DNA of 64,000 bases from an uncultured delta proteobacterium (GTDB lineage: Bacteria; Desulfobacterota; Desulfobacteria; Desulfobacterales; B30-G6), in assembly GCA_963823335.1 (NCBI GenBank), contig CAWGLD010000004.1, positions 320,001 through 384,000 on the forward strand, read 5' to 3'. Shown one piece after another: positions 20,556 to 30,158 of this stretch; position 1 is the stretch's first letter; each line of letters opens with the position of its first letter. The position numbers and the translations under genes are program-made. Below the pieces are notes generated by a model that saw only the letters and a list, made by a program, of their open reading frames with translations, was not told where the DNA came from and did not search any database.

Positions 20556-21413
20556 TCAGGCGGGGTTTGCATAGCAGTACAGACAACTATGATAACAGGG
20601 CTGCCGGCTGTAGGAACCGATATCCACGGATTTAAAACAACCGCAACCCGCTTTTACCCGCTGCCCGGAATCCTTTCCCAGGGAAAGACGCCCGCCAAAC
20701 AGTTTCATGATCAGGTCATTGGGTATACAGGCGCTTTTGCCTACCGGCGCATCATCAGCAAGCCCTTCCAGCACCTCCCTTTCACAGCAGGTTTGCAGCC
20801 AGATCCCCAGGGGCCCGAGTATACGGCTCATGTCTCCCAGGACACGAATTTTATTTTGCACGGGAACATCCACGAAATCAAGACCCGTCCGCCTGGTCAG
20901 TCGCTTCTTGATTTTTGGATACGTGTCCATAAAGCTCGTAATACATCGTTTGATACCCATGGACGCCGCTTTGTCGGCGATCATGGGAAAATCCTTCAGG
21001 TTATCTTCAATCTCATGGGTCTCTGTTCTATAGAAACAAACCGGATCAAATCGCCAGTTGATGGCCTGCGGCCCATAGTGATCGCAAAGATATTCCAGCT
21101 GCGTCAGGCGCTCCTCCAGGCGTGGCAGACCGGGCTCCAGCAGCGCAGACTCGGAATTGATGCTGAAGTTAAAAAACAGATGATAGCCATATGCCTGCAG
21201 TTGTCTGCCATACTCTCCGGAAATAAAGAGACCAAAATCTTTTGACCAGAAGACAATTGTATGCACATCCGCCGGGGAAGACGCTACAAAAAAGGTTTTA
21301 TGATGATAAGGGTTCTCCACTTCGAAAAACCCTTTACGGATGCCCTGCATAAACCAGTCCATGTAGAATGCAGGGATGTCCGTGCGGCGCGATGCGGATA
21401 TGACGGTTTTCAA
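20556..21413 (-). CDS. DUF1848 family protein
   Basis: ISASRRTDIPAFY, WRFDP and C-terminal CGC..SVDIG...CYHSCLYCYA motifs. Confidence 0.92.
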   Translation of the reverse strand: MKTVISASRRTDIPAFYMDWFMQGIRKGFFEVENPYHHKTFFVASSPADVHTIVFWSKDFGLFISGEYGRQLQAYGYHLFFNFSINSESALLEPGLPRLEERLTQLEYLCDHYGPQAINWRFDPVCFYRTETHEIEDNLKDFPMIADKAASMGIKRCITSFMDTYPKIKKRLTRRTGLDFVDVPVQNKIRVLGDMSRILGPLGIWLQTCCEREVLEGLADDAPVGKSACIPNDLIMKLFGGRLSLGKDSGQRVKAGCGCFKSVDIGSYSRQPCYHSCLYCYANPA

Positions 21414-21454
21414 TTTTTAAATCTTTTTCTGGTTTGTAAATTATTATATCCGGC

Positions 21455-21787
21455 CTAACGTTTGAAGTCTTTCAGGGATATCACGGAGCCTTTTGTTTCT
21501 GATTTGGGGTCCTTTTCAAGGAATGGATCTTTCCTGGAAATGTCTGCCGAAGGTTCCGGTGGTTCCACCAGTTCGAGTCGCATCTGTTTGCCGTCCATGG
21601 TAAATGTTTCACCATCAATATAGACGTCCCGTAAAATCCACGTAACCACCTGGGGTGGCACCTGAAGCAATAAAACTTTTACATGGTACCAGTCCGGTTT
21701 TGCATCAGGCAAAATACTTTCAATGCGTGCAAAGACCAGTGGATTTTCCTCAAAATAAACCAACACAATATCGTTTTCAGCTGCCAT
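21455..21787 (-). CDS. Hypothetical protein
   Basis: 110-aa ORF with a gggagg RBS, co-oriented with its neighbours. Confidence 0.75.
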   Translation of the reverse strand: MAAENDIVLVYFEENPLVFARIESILPDAKPDWYHVKVLLLQVPPQVVTWILRDVYIDGETFTMDGKQMRLELVEPPEPSADISRKDPFLEKDPKSETKGSVISLKDFKR

Positions 21788-21921
21788 GCGGATAAAATGC
21801 CTCCCTTTAAATCAACTTTTTTTGAGCTAGTCCGGTTAAAAAATAAGGTTCTTCTCCAATTTAGTTGGAGGAAAGGGCTCCAAAATTCGGGTCAAGAGAA
21901 ATACAGCTCGGGCTATATCTT

Positions 21922-21957
21922 ATCGAAATCGCTATCGGGATCGGGATCGGGATCGAA
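21922..21957 (+). repeat. Hexamer tandem array (ATCGNN)x6
   Basis: atcgaa atcgct atcggg atcggg atcggg atcgaa. Confidence 0.9.
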
Positions 21958-22073
21958 TTGAAGAGTACCCTGCAGCAAGCTGCAGGGAATCTTCGCGGTA
22001 AGGATTTTATCTATTTGATTCGCTCGCTAACCCCGCAGCAAGCTACGGGGAATGCGCTCGCTATTGCCGTTCA
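21958..22073 (-). mobile_element. Long copy of the palindromic PATE-like element, at the 3' end of the four-helix-bundle gene
   Basis: Two hairpins, ccctgcagcaagctgcaggg and ccccgcagcaagctacgggg; ends in ttcaa on the minus strand. Confidence 0.65.
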
Positions 22074-22456
22074 GTATAGCCGTATTCCCCGAACCCTTCC
22101 TTTACGCTATAACCCCTGCCGCCCAATCGACTAAGCATTGCAGCAATGCGGTCCAATTCACCTTTGCGCTGCCGGCTTTCTACTTTATCCAAACCTTTTC
22201 CGACTACCAAGACATCTTGGATTGCGGCACACTCCAATGCCGACCCACGCGCTATTTCGAAATATCGCCGCCGATCAGCCTTCGCTGTCTTACCGTTGCC
22301 TTCTGCAATATTAAGCGCAATCGACTGGCTGGCTCGAAGCCACTGGTCTCTTGCTGAACGATGGACGCCTCTCAGCCTGGCACACTTTTCATAAACCCAT
22401 GCGACATAGCCGATTGAAAGGCGGTAAACGTCTAATTTTTCATGACCTAATACCAT
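22061..22456 (-). CDS. Four-helix-bundle protein (23S rRNA intervening-sequence protein family, Avd-like fold)
   Basis: HEKLDVY, DQWLRASQSIALNIAEG and RYFEIARGSALEC motifs; likely start ATG 22456. Confidence 0.93.
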   Translation of the reverse strand: MVLGHEKLDVYRLSIGYVAWVYEKCARLRGVHRSARDQWLRASQSIALNIAEGNGKTAKADRRRYFEIARGSALECAAIQDVLVVGKGLDKVESRQRKGELDRIAAMLSRLGGRGYSVKEGFGEYGYTERQ

Positions 22457-22492
22457 CTCGATCCCGATCCCGATAGCGATCCCGATTTCGAC
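22457..22492 (-). repeat. Hexamer tandem array, inverted relative to 21922..21957
   Basis: Minus strand reads gtcgaa atcggg atcgct atcggg atcggg atcgag, abutting the ATG. Confidence 0.9.
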
Positions 22493-22671
22493 AAGGCTTC
22501 CACCAACAGCATTTCTACAACAAATCGGGAGAAAAGCCAAAAATAAAGATAACTATACATAGTAATACGCCTGTGATCAATTTCCATAGATATTTTTTTG
22601 GATTTAAAAAAAATGTATATTCTGTTAATTGTTATAAAATGGCTGCACAATCTTATGGGGAGGTGTTCATC

Positions 22672-25392
22672 ATGGCAAAAAAATGGGTTTATCTGTTTAA
22701 CGAAGTGCATCTGGCAGAAAAACATATGAATGATGACTGGGAAGGTGTCCGTGGACTGTTGGGCGGAAAGGGCGCCAACCTTGCCGAGATGGTGCGTATC
22801 GGGGTCCCCGTACCCCCGGGCTTCACGGTGACAACGGAAGCATGCAATGCCTATCTGAAATCAGAGCATGTTTTTTCAGATGAGATTTGGGACCAGGAAA
22901 TTCAAGCCCTGCGGGTCCTTGAAAAAGAAACCGGCAAGAAATTTGGAGCCACAGACAACCCCCTGCTGGTCTCCTGTCGTTCCGGTGCCAAATTTTCCAT
23001 GCCGGGCATGATGGATACCGTGCTGAACATCGGGCTCAACGACGAGACCGCCCAGGGCATCATCAAACTTACCGGTGACGAGCGGTTTGTCTACGATGCC
23101 TACCGTCGTTTGATCCAGATGTTCGGCAGCGTGGTCATGGGCCTGTCAGACGACCTGTTCGAGCACGTCATCACACGCTACCGCAGAAAGGCCAGGGTAG
23201 AAAATGACTCCCAGCTGACGGCAGAAGACTGGAAAGACATCACCCAGGAATTCAAAGCCATATTCCGACGCCACGCCAGTCATGAATTTCCCATTGACCC
23301 GTACGAGCAGCTCATTCTGGCCACGGAAGCTGTCTTTAAAAGCTGGAACGGAAAACGGGCCGTGGACTATCGAAAGGCATCGGGTATCCCCCACGACCTG
23401 GGTACGGCGGTCAGTATCGTCACCATGGTGTTCGGAAACATGGGAGATAACTGCGCCACGGGCGTGGCCATGACCCGTAACGGCTCAAGCGGTGAAAAAA
23501 TGATCGAGGGTGACTATCTGACCAATGCCCAGGGTGAGGACGTGGTAGCCGGCATCCGCCTAACAAAAGATATCTCCCAGCTGAAAGAAGAGATGCCTGA
23601 GGCCTACAAGGAATTTGAAGACATTGCCGGCCGTCTGGAAAATCACTATCGTGACATGCAGGATGTCGAGTTTACCATAGAAAACGGGAAACTCTGGATG
23701 TTGCAGACCCGTGACGGCAAGCGAACCGCCCAGTCCGCCGTGCGTATCGCCGTGGAAATGATGGAAGAAGGACTCATCAGCAAAAAAGAGGCCGTGTTGC
23801 GCGTTACACCGGCACAGGTCGATTTCTTTCTGCACCCCCAGTTCAGTATCGAAGCGGTTCACGTGGCCAAGGAGTTGGGGAAACACTTCGCCTCCGGTCT
23901 GAACGTGTCTCCCGGAGCCGCTCTCGGGGTGGTTGCATTCGATGCGGACCTGGCCGAAACATGGGCCAAGCAGGAAGGTAAGAAGGTCATTATGGTACGC
24001 CCGGAAACAAAGCCGGATGATGTGCACGGCATGCTGGCTGCAGAAGGCATCATTACCAGCCGCGGCGGCCGGACCAGCCATGCGGCCCTGGTGGCAAGAC
24101 AATTCGGGAAACCGGCTGTGGTGGGTGTTTCAGCCCTGATGATCGATTTGGCCAAACGCGAAATGCATGTGGGCCAAACGGTTATCAAGGAGGGCGAGTG
24201 GGTTTCCATTGACGGCACGGAAGGGGACATATTTGTCGGCAAGCTGGAAACCACAATACCGGACATAAAAGACCCCTGGCTGGAAAAACTTCTCAGCTGG
24301 GCAGATGAGTACCGCCGCCTGGGTGTGTGGGCCAATGCGGATTATCCGGCGGATGCGCGCAGAGCAAGGGATTATGGTGCGGAAGGTATCGGTCTCTGCA
24401 GATCCGAGCACATGTTCTTCGAATCAGAACGCCTACCGCATGTCCAGAAAATGATCATGACGGATCTGCCCATCGAAAGAAAGGAGGCCTTGGATGCCGT
24501 GCTCCCCTTTCAGCGGGACGATTTTGCCGGTCTTTTCCGTGCCATGGACGGCTTACCGGTTATCATCCGCCTTCTCGATCCACCCCTGCATGAATTTCTT
24601 CCCAATAACATCGATTTGATGCGCGAGCTTTCCGACCTCAAAATTCGTCTTCAACATGCAGGAACGTTGAGTGACATCGATGTGCTCCTGGACCAGGTAA
24701 AAGAAAAAGAGCGGATCCTCAAACGCGTGGAAGGTCTGCGGGAAGAGAATCCCATGCTCGGATTGAGGGGCGTGCGGCTGGGTATCCACATCCCCGAGCT
24801 GACCACCATGCAGGTTCGTGCCATTTTCGAGGCTGCCTGTCTCGTTACCCGGGAGGGGATCACGGTCTATCCGGAGGTCATGATACCCCTGACGAGCCAT
24901 GTCAACGAACTCGCCGTTCAACGCAAGGTTCTGGAGGCAGAGGCCCTGAAGGTGATGAAAGAAAAGGACCTTACCATCGATTACAAGTTCGGCACCATGA
25001 TCGAGATTCCCCGTGCAGCCCTGACAGCGGATAAGATCGCGCAATACGCACAGTTTTTTTCCTTCGGAACCAATGACCTGACCCAGACAACTTTCGGAAT
25101 CTCGCGTGACGATGCCGAAGCCAGTTTCATGATTGAATACATGGAAAACGGCATTCTACCGGACAACCCCTTTGCCACCATCGACAAGGACGGCGTCGGG
25201 GAACTCATGCGCATTGCCGTCGCTAAAGGGCGCTCTGTCAACCCGGATCTGGAGTGTGGCATCTGTGGTGAGCACGGCGGGGAACCGCAGTCGATTCAGC
25301 TTTGCCATGACCTGGGGTTGACCTATGTTTCCTGTTCGCCTTTCAGGGTGCCGATTGCACGTCTGGCAGCGGCCCATGCGGCTATTAAATAG
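22672..25392 (+). CDS. ppdK: Pyruvate, phosphate dikinase
   Basis: LLGGKGANLAEM, GGRTSHAA (phospho-His), FSFGTNDLTQ and GICGEHGG motifs; ggaggt RBS. Confidence 0.97.
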   Translation: MAKKWVYLFNEVHLAEKHMNDDWEGVRGLLGGKGANLAEMVRIGVPVPPGFTVTTEACNAYLKSEHVFSDEIWDQEIQALRVLEKETGKKFGATDNPLLVSCRSGAKFSMPGMMDTVLNIGLNDETAQGIIKLTGDERFVYDAYRRLIQMFGSVVMGLSDDLFEHVITRYRRKARVENDSQLTAEDWKDITQEFKAIFRRHASHEFPIDPYEQLILATEAVFKSWNGKRAVDYRKASGIPHDLGTAVSIVTMVFGNMGDNCATGVAMTRNGSSGEKMIEGDYLTNAQGEDVVAGIRLTKDISQLKEEMPEAYKEFEDIAGRLENHYRDMQDVEFTIENGKLWMLQTRDGKRTAQSAVRIAVEMMEEGLISKKEAVLRVTPAQVDFFLHPQFSIEAVHVAKELGKHFASGLNVSPGAALGVVAFDADLAETWAKQEGKKVIMVRPETKPDDVHGMLAAEGIITSRGGRTSHAALVARQFGKPAVVGVSALMIDLAKREMHVGQTVIKEGEWVSIDGTEGDIFVGKLETTIPDIKDPWLEKLLSWADEYRRLGVWANADYPADARRARDYGAEGIGLCRSEHMFFESERLPHVQKMIMTDLPIERKEALDAVLPFQRDDFAGLFRAMDGLPVIIRLLDPPLHEFLPNNIDLMRELSDLKIRLQHAGTLSDIDVLLDQVKEKERILKRVEGLREENPMLGLRGVRLGIHIPELTTMQVRAIFEAACLVTREGITVYPEVMIPLTSHVNELAVQRKVLEAEALKVMKEKDLTIDYKFGTMIEIPRAALTADKIAQYAQFFSFGTNDLTQTTFGISRDDAEASFMIEYMENGILPDNPFATIDKDGVGELMRIAVAKGRSVNPDLECGICGEHGGEPQSIQLCHDLGLTYVSCSPFRVPIARLAAAHAAIK

Positions 25393-25536
25393 GGTTCAAG
25401 GGGTCGAGGGTGATACAAGGGTTCATGGGTAGCTAACAGCTATGAGCTGATGGCAGCTTCCCAGCATACAAGGGTCGCTGAAAGCCTTCAGCCACAAACA
25501 CCTAACAGCCTACAGTCTAAACGGCTAAAAGTATAA

Positions 25537-26451
25537 GTGAATATGCGCTTTCTTATCCTATTTTTCATCCTGCTTCAGGGGGTGGTTTCCTTTGCAGATA
25601 CGCCGGAATCGCCCCCTGGGTCGACCATGGAAGCGGAAACATCCCCATCCGTGACGATGGAATCCGACATGAAAGAGGATCTGTCACCGCACTACCCCAA
25701 TTTCGATTCAATGTTCACCCTGTATCAGCCTTATCTTGATCATGTCTCGGCTTATCAACCCATGTATTTCCTGGTGGGGGCCGATCCGGAAAAAAGTAAA
25801 TTCCAGTTCAGTTTCAAGTACCGGCTGGTGAAAACGGACTCACCTCTGGCCGAGCGATTCCGGCTTATGGAAGGGTTTCATTTAGCCTATACCCAGACAT
25901 CCTACTGGGATTTGAAATCATCTTCCTTGCCTTTTAAAGATACCGGCTATAAACCCGAACTGTTCCATATTTCACCGAATATCAATAGCGGACTGTCGCC
26001 TGGAAGCGGCCTGTTCCTCCAAACCGGCTTCAAGCATGAGTCAAATGGCCGGGGAAGAGACGATTCACGCAACACCAATTTTCTCTATGCAAACCCCATC
26101 TTTGTTTTTTACAATGAAAAAACAACCTTCGGTTTTATGATCTCCCCCAAGGCATGGGTCTATGTGGCCAACAACGAAGATACCAATGGTGATCTGCCGG
26201 ATTACCGGGGCTATTTTGACCTCGAGTTGAAATGCGGTCTGGCTGACAGCCTGGTGGTGGGCACAAACCTTGGCTGGGCCAAAGAAGGAGGATCGCTGCA
26301 GATCGATGCAACCTATCCACTGAATCTGATTTCAGCCGGAATTTCAGGTCTGTATCTGCATGTCCAGTACGTCAACACGCTGGCGGAAAGCCTGTTGCAC
26401 TATGACAAGCGTACGCAAGCCATTCGGATTGGGGTATCTATTGTTCGTTAA
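25537..26451 (+). CDS. pldA: Outer-membrane phospholipase A
   Basis: KFQFSFK, YTQTSYW, YKPE and HESNG motifs; signal peptide. Confidence 0.88.
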   Translation: MNMRFLILFFILLQGVVSFADTPESPPGSTMEAETSPSVTMESDMKEDLSPHYPNFDSMFTLYQPYLDHVSAYQPMYFLVGADPEKSKFQFSFKYRLVKTDSPLAERFRLMEGFHLAYTQTSYWDLKSSSLPFKDTGYKPELFHISPNINSGLSPGSGLFLQTGFKHESNGRGRDDSRNTNFLYANPIFVFYNEKTTFGFMISPKAWVYVANNEDTNGDLPDYRGYFDLELKCGLADSLVVGTNLGWAKEGGSLQIDATYPLNLISAGISGLYLHVQYVNTLAESLLHYDKRTQAIRIGVSIVR

Positions 26452-26459
26452 TAAAACAA

Positions 26460-27029
26460 TCACACCATCCAGACAACACACCTTTCGCCTCTCCTCTTTG
26501 GAAATTCCACGGCTTTCAACCCCACACTTTCGGCAATTTGAATCATTTTTTCAAAGGCGGTCTGACTGACGTGCATTTTCGGCTCTACAACAAGCATTTT
26601 CCCTCCGTCTTTAAGCAGGTTTTTCAACTCGCCCAGCGTCTTGGTCTTGTCCGGGATCTCATGAATCATGTAATAGGCCAGAATAAAGTCTGCTGTCTGG
26701 TTCAGCCCGATATGGTCGGACTCAGCGGTATGATAAACGATCCTTTCCTCCAGCCTGTGCTTTTGTGCCTTTTTCCGAACGCGTTCGAGCATCTTGACCT
26801 GGATATCCACGGCAATCACCCTCCCCCCAGGTCCCACCATTTTGGCCATGTCGATGGTAAAGTATCCTGGGCCGCATCCCATGTCGATGACCGTGCTGCC
26901 CTCCTGAATATAGGGGGCGACAATTTTACCGGGGGGTTGAATCAAACGCCGGATCCAGTTGTCCAGGATAAAGGCAATTTGATGGGGACAGACATGGGAG
27001 TTTGGTTTTGTAACGCTGTTGCTTATCAT
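26460..27029 (-). CDS. Class I SAM-dependent methyltransferase
   Basis: VIDMGCGPGYF and AVDIQ motifs. Confidence 0.9.
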   Translation of the reverse strand: MISNSVTKPNSHVCPHQIAFILDNWIRRLIQPPGKIVAPYIQEGSTVIDMGCGPGYFTIDMAKMVGPGGRVIAVDIQVKMLERVRKKAQKHRLEERIVYHTAESDHIGLNQTADFILAYYMIHEIPDKTKTLGELKNLLKDGGKMLVVEPKMHVSQTAFEKMIQIAESVGLKAVEFPKRRGERCVVWMV

Positions 27030-27231
27030 AATACGTTTCTCTCAGGGATTAATTACCACCCGTGGCACTGTATGTTGGGGTATTTTGCCAGCAGTGCACC
27101 TCGGGCATCCTGAATCAGTTGAATGGTGACACCTCCTCAAGGAATCAGCGTTCGTGTGTTTTCACCACGGAAAAGAGTGCAAAGCTTCTTTTTACAGGAA
27201 ATAATAGCCACTGCAAAGCATCCCGTCAATC

Positions 27232-28575
27232 TCAAACATCGGCAACCAGATTCTTTAACCGTGCCAGCGTCTCCCACGAAAAGGTGTCTTTTTGGCATGG
27301 CAAGATGGCATTGTTGGTGAAGATGGGGTCCGATGCCAAATCATAGCGTGAGGATGCAACGGCTTCTTTCCAAAGAGCGGTGTGGGGGATGGGGGTATAA
27401 TATGCCATGATGGGCAGTACGCCCGCTGATTTGACCGCCTGGATGGTGTCAACGACATCTGAAATCGATTGTCCCGGAAGACCCACAAGGATATATGCGC
27501 CGATCTGGCTTTTATGAAAACCTGCTTCTTTAAATGCTTGGATACATCTAAAAAACTCTCCTTTTGTAATTTTTTTGTCCAGGTGGCCCCGCTCTTCGAA
27601 TGCGGTCGTTTCAACACCCAGGCGTATGGATTCAAATCCGGAAGCATACATCAAACCGGCAATCTCCGGGGTGACTTCCCGAACATGCAGGGCATTGGGT
27701 GTGTGAAATCGACTATCAAGACCGGCTGCCACGATACCCTCCAGAATCGGGATAATATGATTTTCGGCATTTACCAGGAGTGCATCGTCGTAAAATGCAA
27801 AGTCCACTACACCGTGTGTCCGGTGCCAGTACCGGATCTCCTCCACCACCGCTTCAGGGCTTCGCCGCATAGGCTCTGGATTTAAATAGTGGGAAGCGCA
27901 GTAGGTGCACGCAAACGGGCATCCCCTGGAGGTGAGAATCGGTACATAGGGAATCCAATGTTGGAGGTCAAAGGCGGGATAGGGATAGGTATCGAGGTCT
28001 TGGGGATCGAAGCCGCACGTCAGAGCCACCCCCGTATGCTCTGCCACCAGATCGAGCACCCTGCCCTCGCCCGGTCCTGTCACGACGAGATCGGCGCCAC
28101 TCTGTTTTCTTGCATGCTCCCGGCAGAGGCTGGCATAGATTCCTCCCAGCACAATAGGTGTGTCTGGAAACGTCTCCCTGATCTGATGAATCGTTTCCTG
28201 AACGCCTGGATACCAGTAGGTCATCAGGGACGTCACCATCACGACATCGGGTTGCGGTACGTTGGACAGATCCTCTTGAAACCATTCCAGCGGTATCCCG
28301 TAGCGCGAAAAATACCGCGGCACATCTTCCAGTCCGGCAGGTCGAGGGATTCTGGTTTTCAGATATGCACCGCGGCCCGGTTTTTTTGGGGATACGGGTG
28401 ATTCAGATCTGGGGTGGAAGCGGTCCAGACAGTCTATATAGGAAATCCTGACGCCATGTGCCCGCAAAATGGCTGCCAACTGCAGCAGGCCCATGGGTCT
28501 GGCCCAGAAATCATACGCTGCAAAATCATGAATCCATGGATTGACAAGCAGGAGGTGGGGATGGTCTTTTTGCAA
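27232..28575 (-). CDS. B12-binding-domain radical SAM protein
   Basis: SRGCPFACTYC, with an N-terminal cobalamin-binding-like segment (LGGIYA, GPGE). Confidence 0.9.
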   Translation of the reverse strand: MQKDHPHLLLVNPWIHDFAAYDFWARPMGLLQLAAILRAHGVRISYIDCLDRFHPRSESPVSPKKPGRGAYLKTRIPRPAGLEDVPRYFSRYGIPLEWFQEDLSNVPQPDVVMVTSLMTYWYPGVQETIHQIRETFPDTPIVLGGIYASLCREHARKQSGADLVVTGPGEGRVLDLVAEHTGVALTCGFDPQDLDTYPYPAFDLQHWIPYVPILTSRGCPFACTYCASHYLNPEPMRRSPEAVVEEIRYWHRTHGVVDFAFYDDALLVNAENHIIPILEGIVAAGLDSRFHTPNALHVREVTPEIAGLMYASGFESIRLGVETTAFEERGHLDKKITKGEFFRCIQAFKEAGFHKSQIGAYILVGLPGQSISDVVDTIQAVKSAGVLPIMAYYTPIPHTALWKEAVASSRYDLASDPIFTNNAILPCQKDTFSWETLARLKNLVADV

Positions 28576-28607
28576 ATCTATTTCATCTTAAGGCATCGGA
28601 GCCTGTT

Positions 28608-29087
28608 TTATTCATCATCATCCGCAAAGTACGCCATGGACGTTTTTTTCAACTCTTTGCGGCTGAAAAGGAGGGTATAATCCGTCACATGAGTTTTTTC
28701 CGACATGACGCGCGCAATGGATCGACAGGCAGTCTCGTCATTGGCATGCACCATGGTGTATAGATTATACGGCCAGTTACGGGCAGGGTTTCGGCGATAA
28801 CAGTGGGAAACTTCCGTGAAAGCGGCAAAGATCTCTCCGACCTCCTCCATACGTTGCTCATCCACATTCCAGGCCACCATGGCATTGGCTTTGAATCCCG
28901 AACGCTGGTGGCGGATGGTGGCGCCAAATCTTCGAATGACACCCCTGTCACAAAGATCTTCGAGCGTCTTCAGCACCAGAGCTTCTGGAACATCCAGCAT
29001 GGTGGCGATCTCATTGTAGGGGTGCGACGACACCGGCAAATCTCCCTGAACCGATGCAATCACCTGTTTTTCCAAATCTGTCAGCAT
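28608..29087 (-). CDS. ahbB: Siroheme decarboxylase beta subunit (AsnC/Lrp-like)
   Basis: GVIRRFGATIRH, ANAMVAW, VSHCYRR, WPYNLYTMVH and ELKKTSM motifs. Confidence 0.85.
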   Translation of the reverse strand: MLTDLEKQVIASVQGDLPVSSHPYNEIATMLDVPEALVLKTLEDLCDRGVIRRFGATIRHQRSGFKANAMVAWNVDEQRMEEVGEIFAAFTEVSHCYRRNPARNWPYNLYTMVHANDETACRSIARVMSEKTHVTDYTLLFSRKELKKTSMAYFADDDE

Positions 29088-29196
29088 GGCGGAGTATAAA
29101 GGACAGGCGGGAATAAAAGTCAAGCAATAATAAAATCGCGGTGCGATTTTATAAAACGCGTCTTGGCCGCTCTAACTTAGCTGTCCTGACCGATAC

Positions 29197-29279
29197 TTGA
29201 ACCGAAAAAGCGAGCGCATTCCCCGTAGGTTCTGCCGTTCGGCAGAACATTCCTCGTAGCTTGCTGCGAGGTTCTTTAA
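29197..29279 (+). repeat. Palindromic PATE/REP-like element
   Basis: Near-identical to 7521..7603. Confidence 0.75.
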
Positions 29280-29380
29280 TTGAGTAAGGATTTGTTTTCC
29301 AAAACGCGTAAAAGACAGCAGGGTATAGATCAGCGGCATGAAGGATTGAAAACTGAGATCTGTCTATACGCCACCCCCTT

Positions 29381-30055
29381 TTATTTAGAATTTTCCATTT
29401 CATATCGGTTTTTTAAGTTCAATATTGTTTTTTGTTCCCAATGTGCAGTGTATGACAAAAAATCCTTCATACCCCCCTTCCAGGGATAGGCGGTCCAGAG
29501 AGAAGCACCCAAAAAGTCGAAATAAGCCATCTGGGTAACCCGCGTTCCTTCTGGTACAGACTCCAGCTTTATGTGCCCATAATGGTATTTTTGCCTGCAT
29601 TGTTCTGGATTCAGGAGAACAAAATCCAACCGTTGCGTCTCCGTGAAAACAGTGGTCTGCCACTTGAAATATACGTCCGGACTATTGGTATATTTGTTTT
29701 CAGTAATGACCGTATCGCCATTTTGGGAAATGAAATTGTGCTCTCGAATATATTTGTTAGTTACTAAGAAATCATTGTCAAAATCCGTTTTGAACTTCCA
29801 GTAAAAATCGATGGGAGCCTTGACAAAATAGACAAGTTTATACGCTTTGCCCCCTCTTTTGTCTGGCGCTATTTGATAAATGAATACTTCTTCGTCCGAT
29901 GATCTTTTCTGTTCGTTTTGCGCACCTATCGAGTAGGAAATCGAGAAATCAAAAAACAAGTGTGTTACCCAAATTATTACTGGTAAAATGATAAATAAAC
30001 GTCGGGTCAAGTGTATTAAAAATGGTTTCATGCAACGCATCGTTATTCCTGACAA
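29381..30055 (-). CDS. Hypothetical membrane-anchored protein (possibly SRPBCC/START-like), AT-rich
   Basis: 224-aa ORF with an N-terminal TM segment; the fold guess is weak. Confidence 0.65.
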   Translation of the reverse strand: MSGITMRCMKPFLIHLTRRLFIILPVIIWVTHLFFDFSISYSIGAQNEQKRSSDEEVFIYQIAPDKRGGKAYKLVYFVKAPIDFYWKFKTDFDNDFLVTNKYIREHNFISQNGDTVITENKYTNSPDVYFKWQTTVFTETQRLDFVLLNPEQCRQKYHYGHIKLESVPEGTRVTQMAYFDFLGASLWTAYPWKGGMKDFLSYTAHWEQKTILNLKNRYEMENSK

Positions 30056-30158
30056 GGCCTATCCACTGAAATATTCCCGTTTCTAAAAACTTTGATTCTG
30101 ACAAATCCAAAATCCGAATATCGAAATACGAAACAAATTGAAGAATCTCGGAGCGATT

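Noticed and set aside
22061-22456. Diversity-generating retroelement (Avd-like gene)
   Set aside because: No reverse transcriptase or TR/VR pair is visible in the window.
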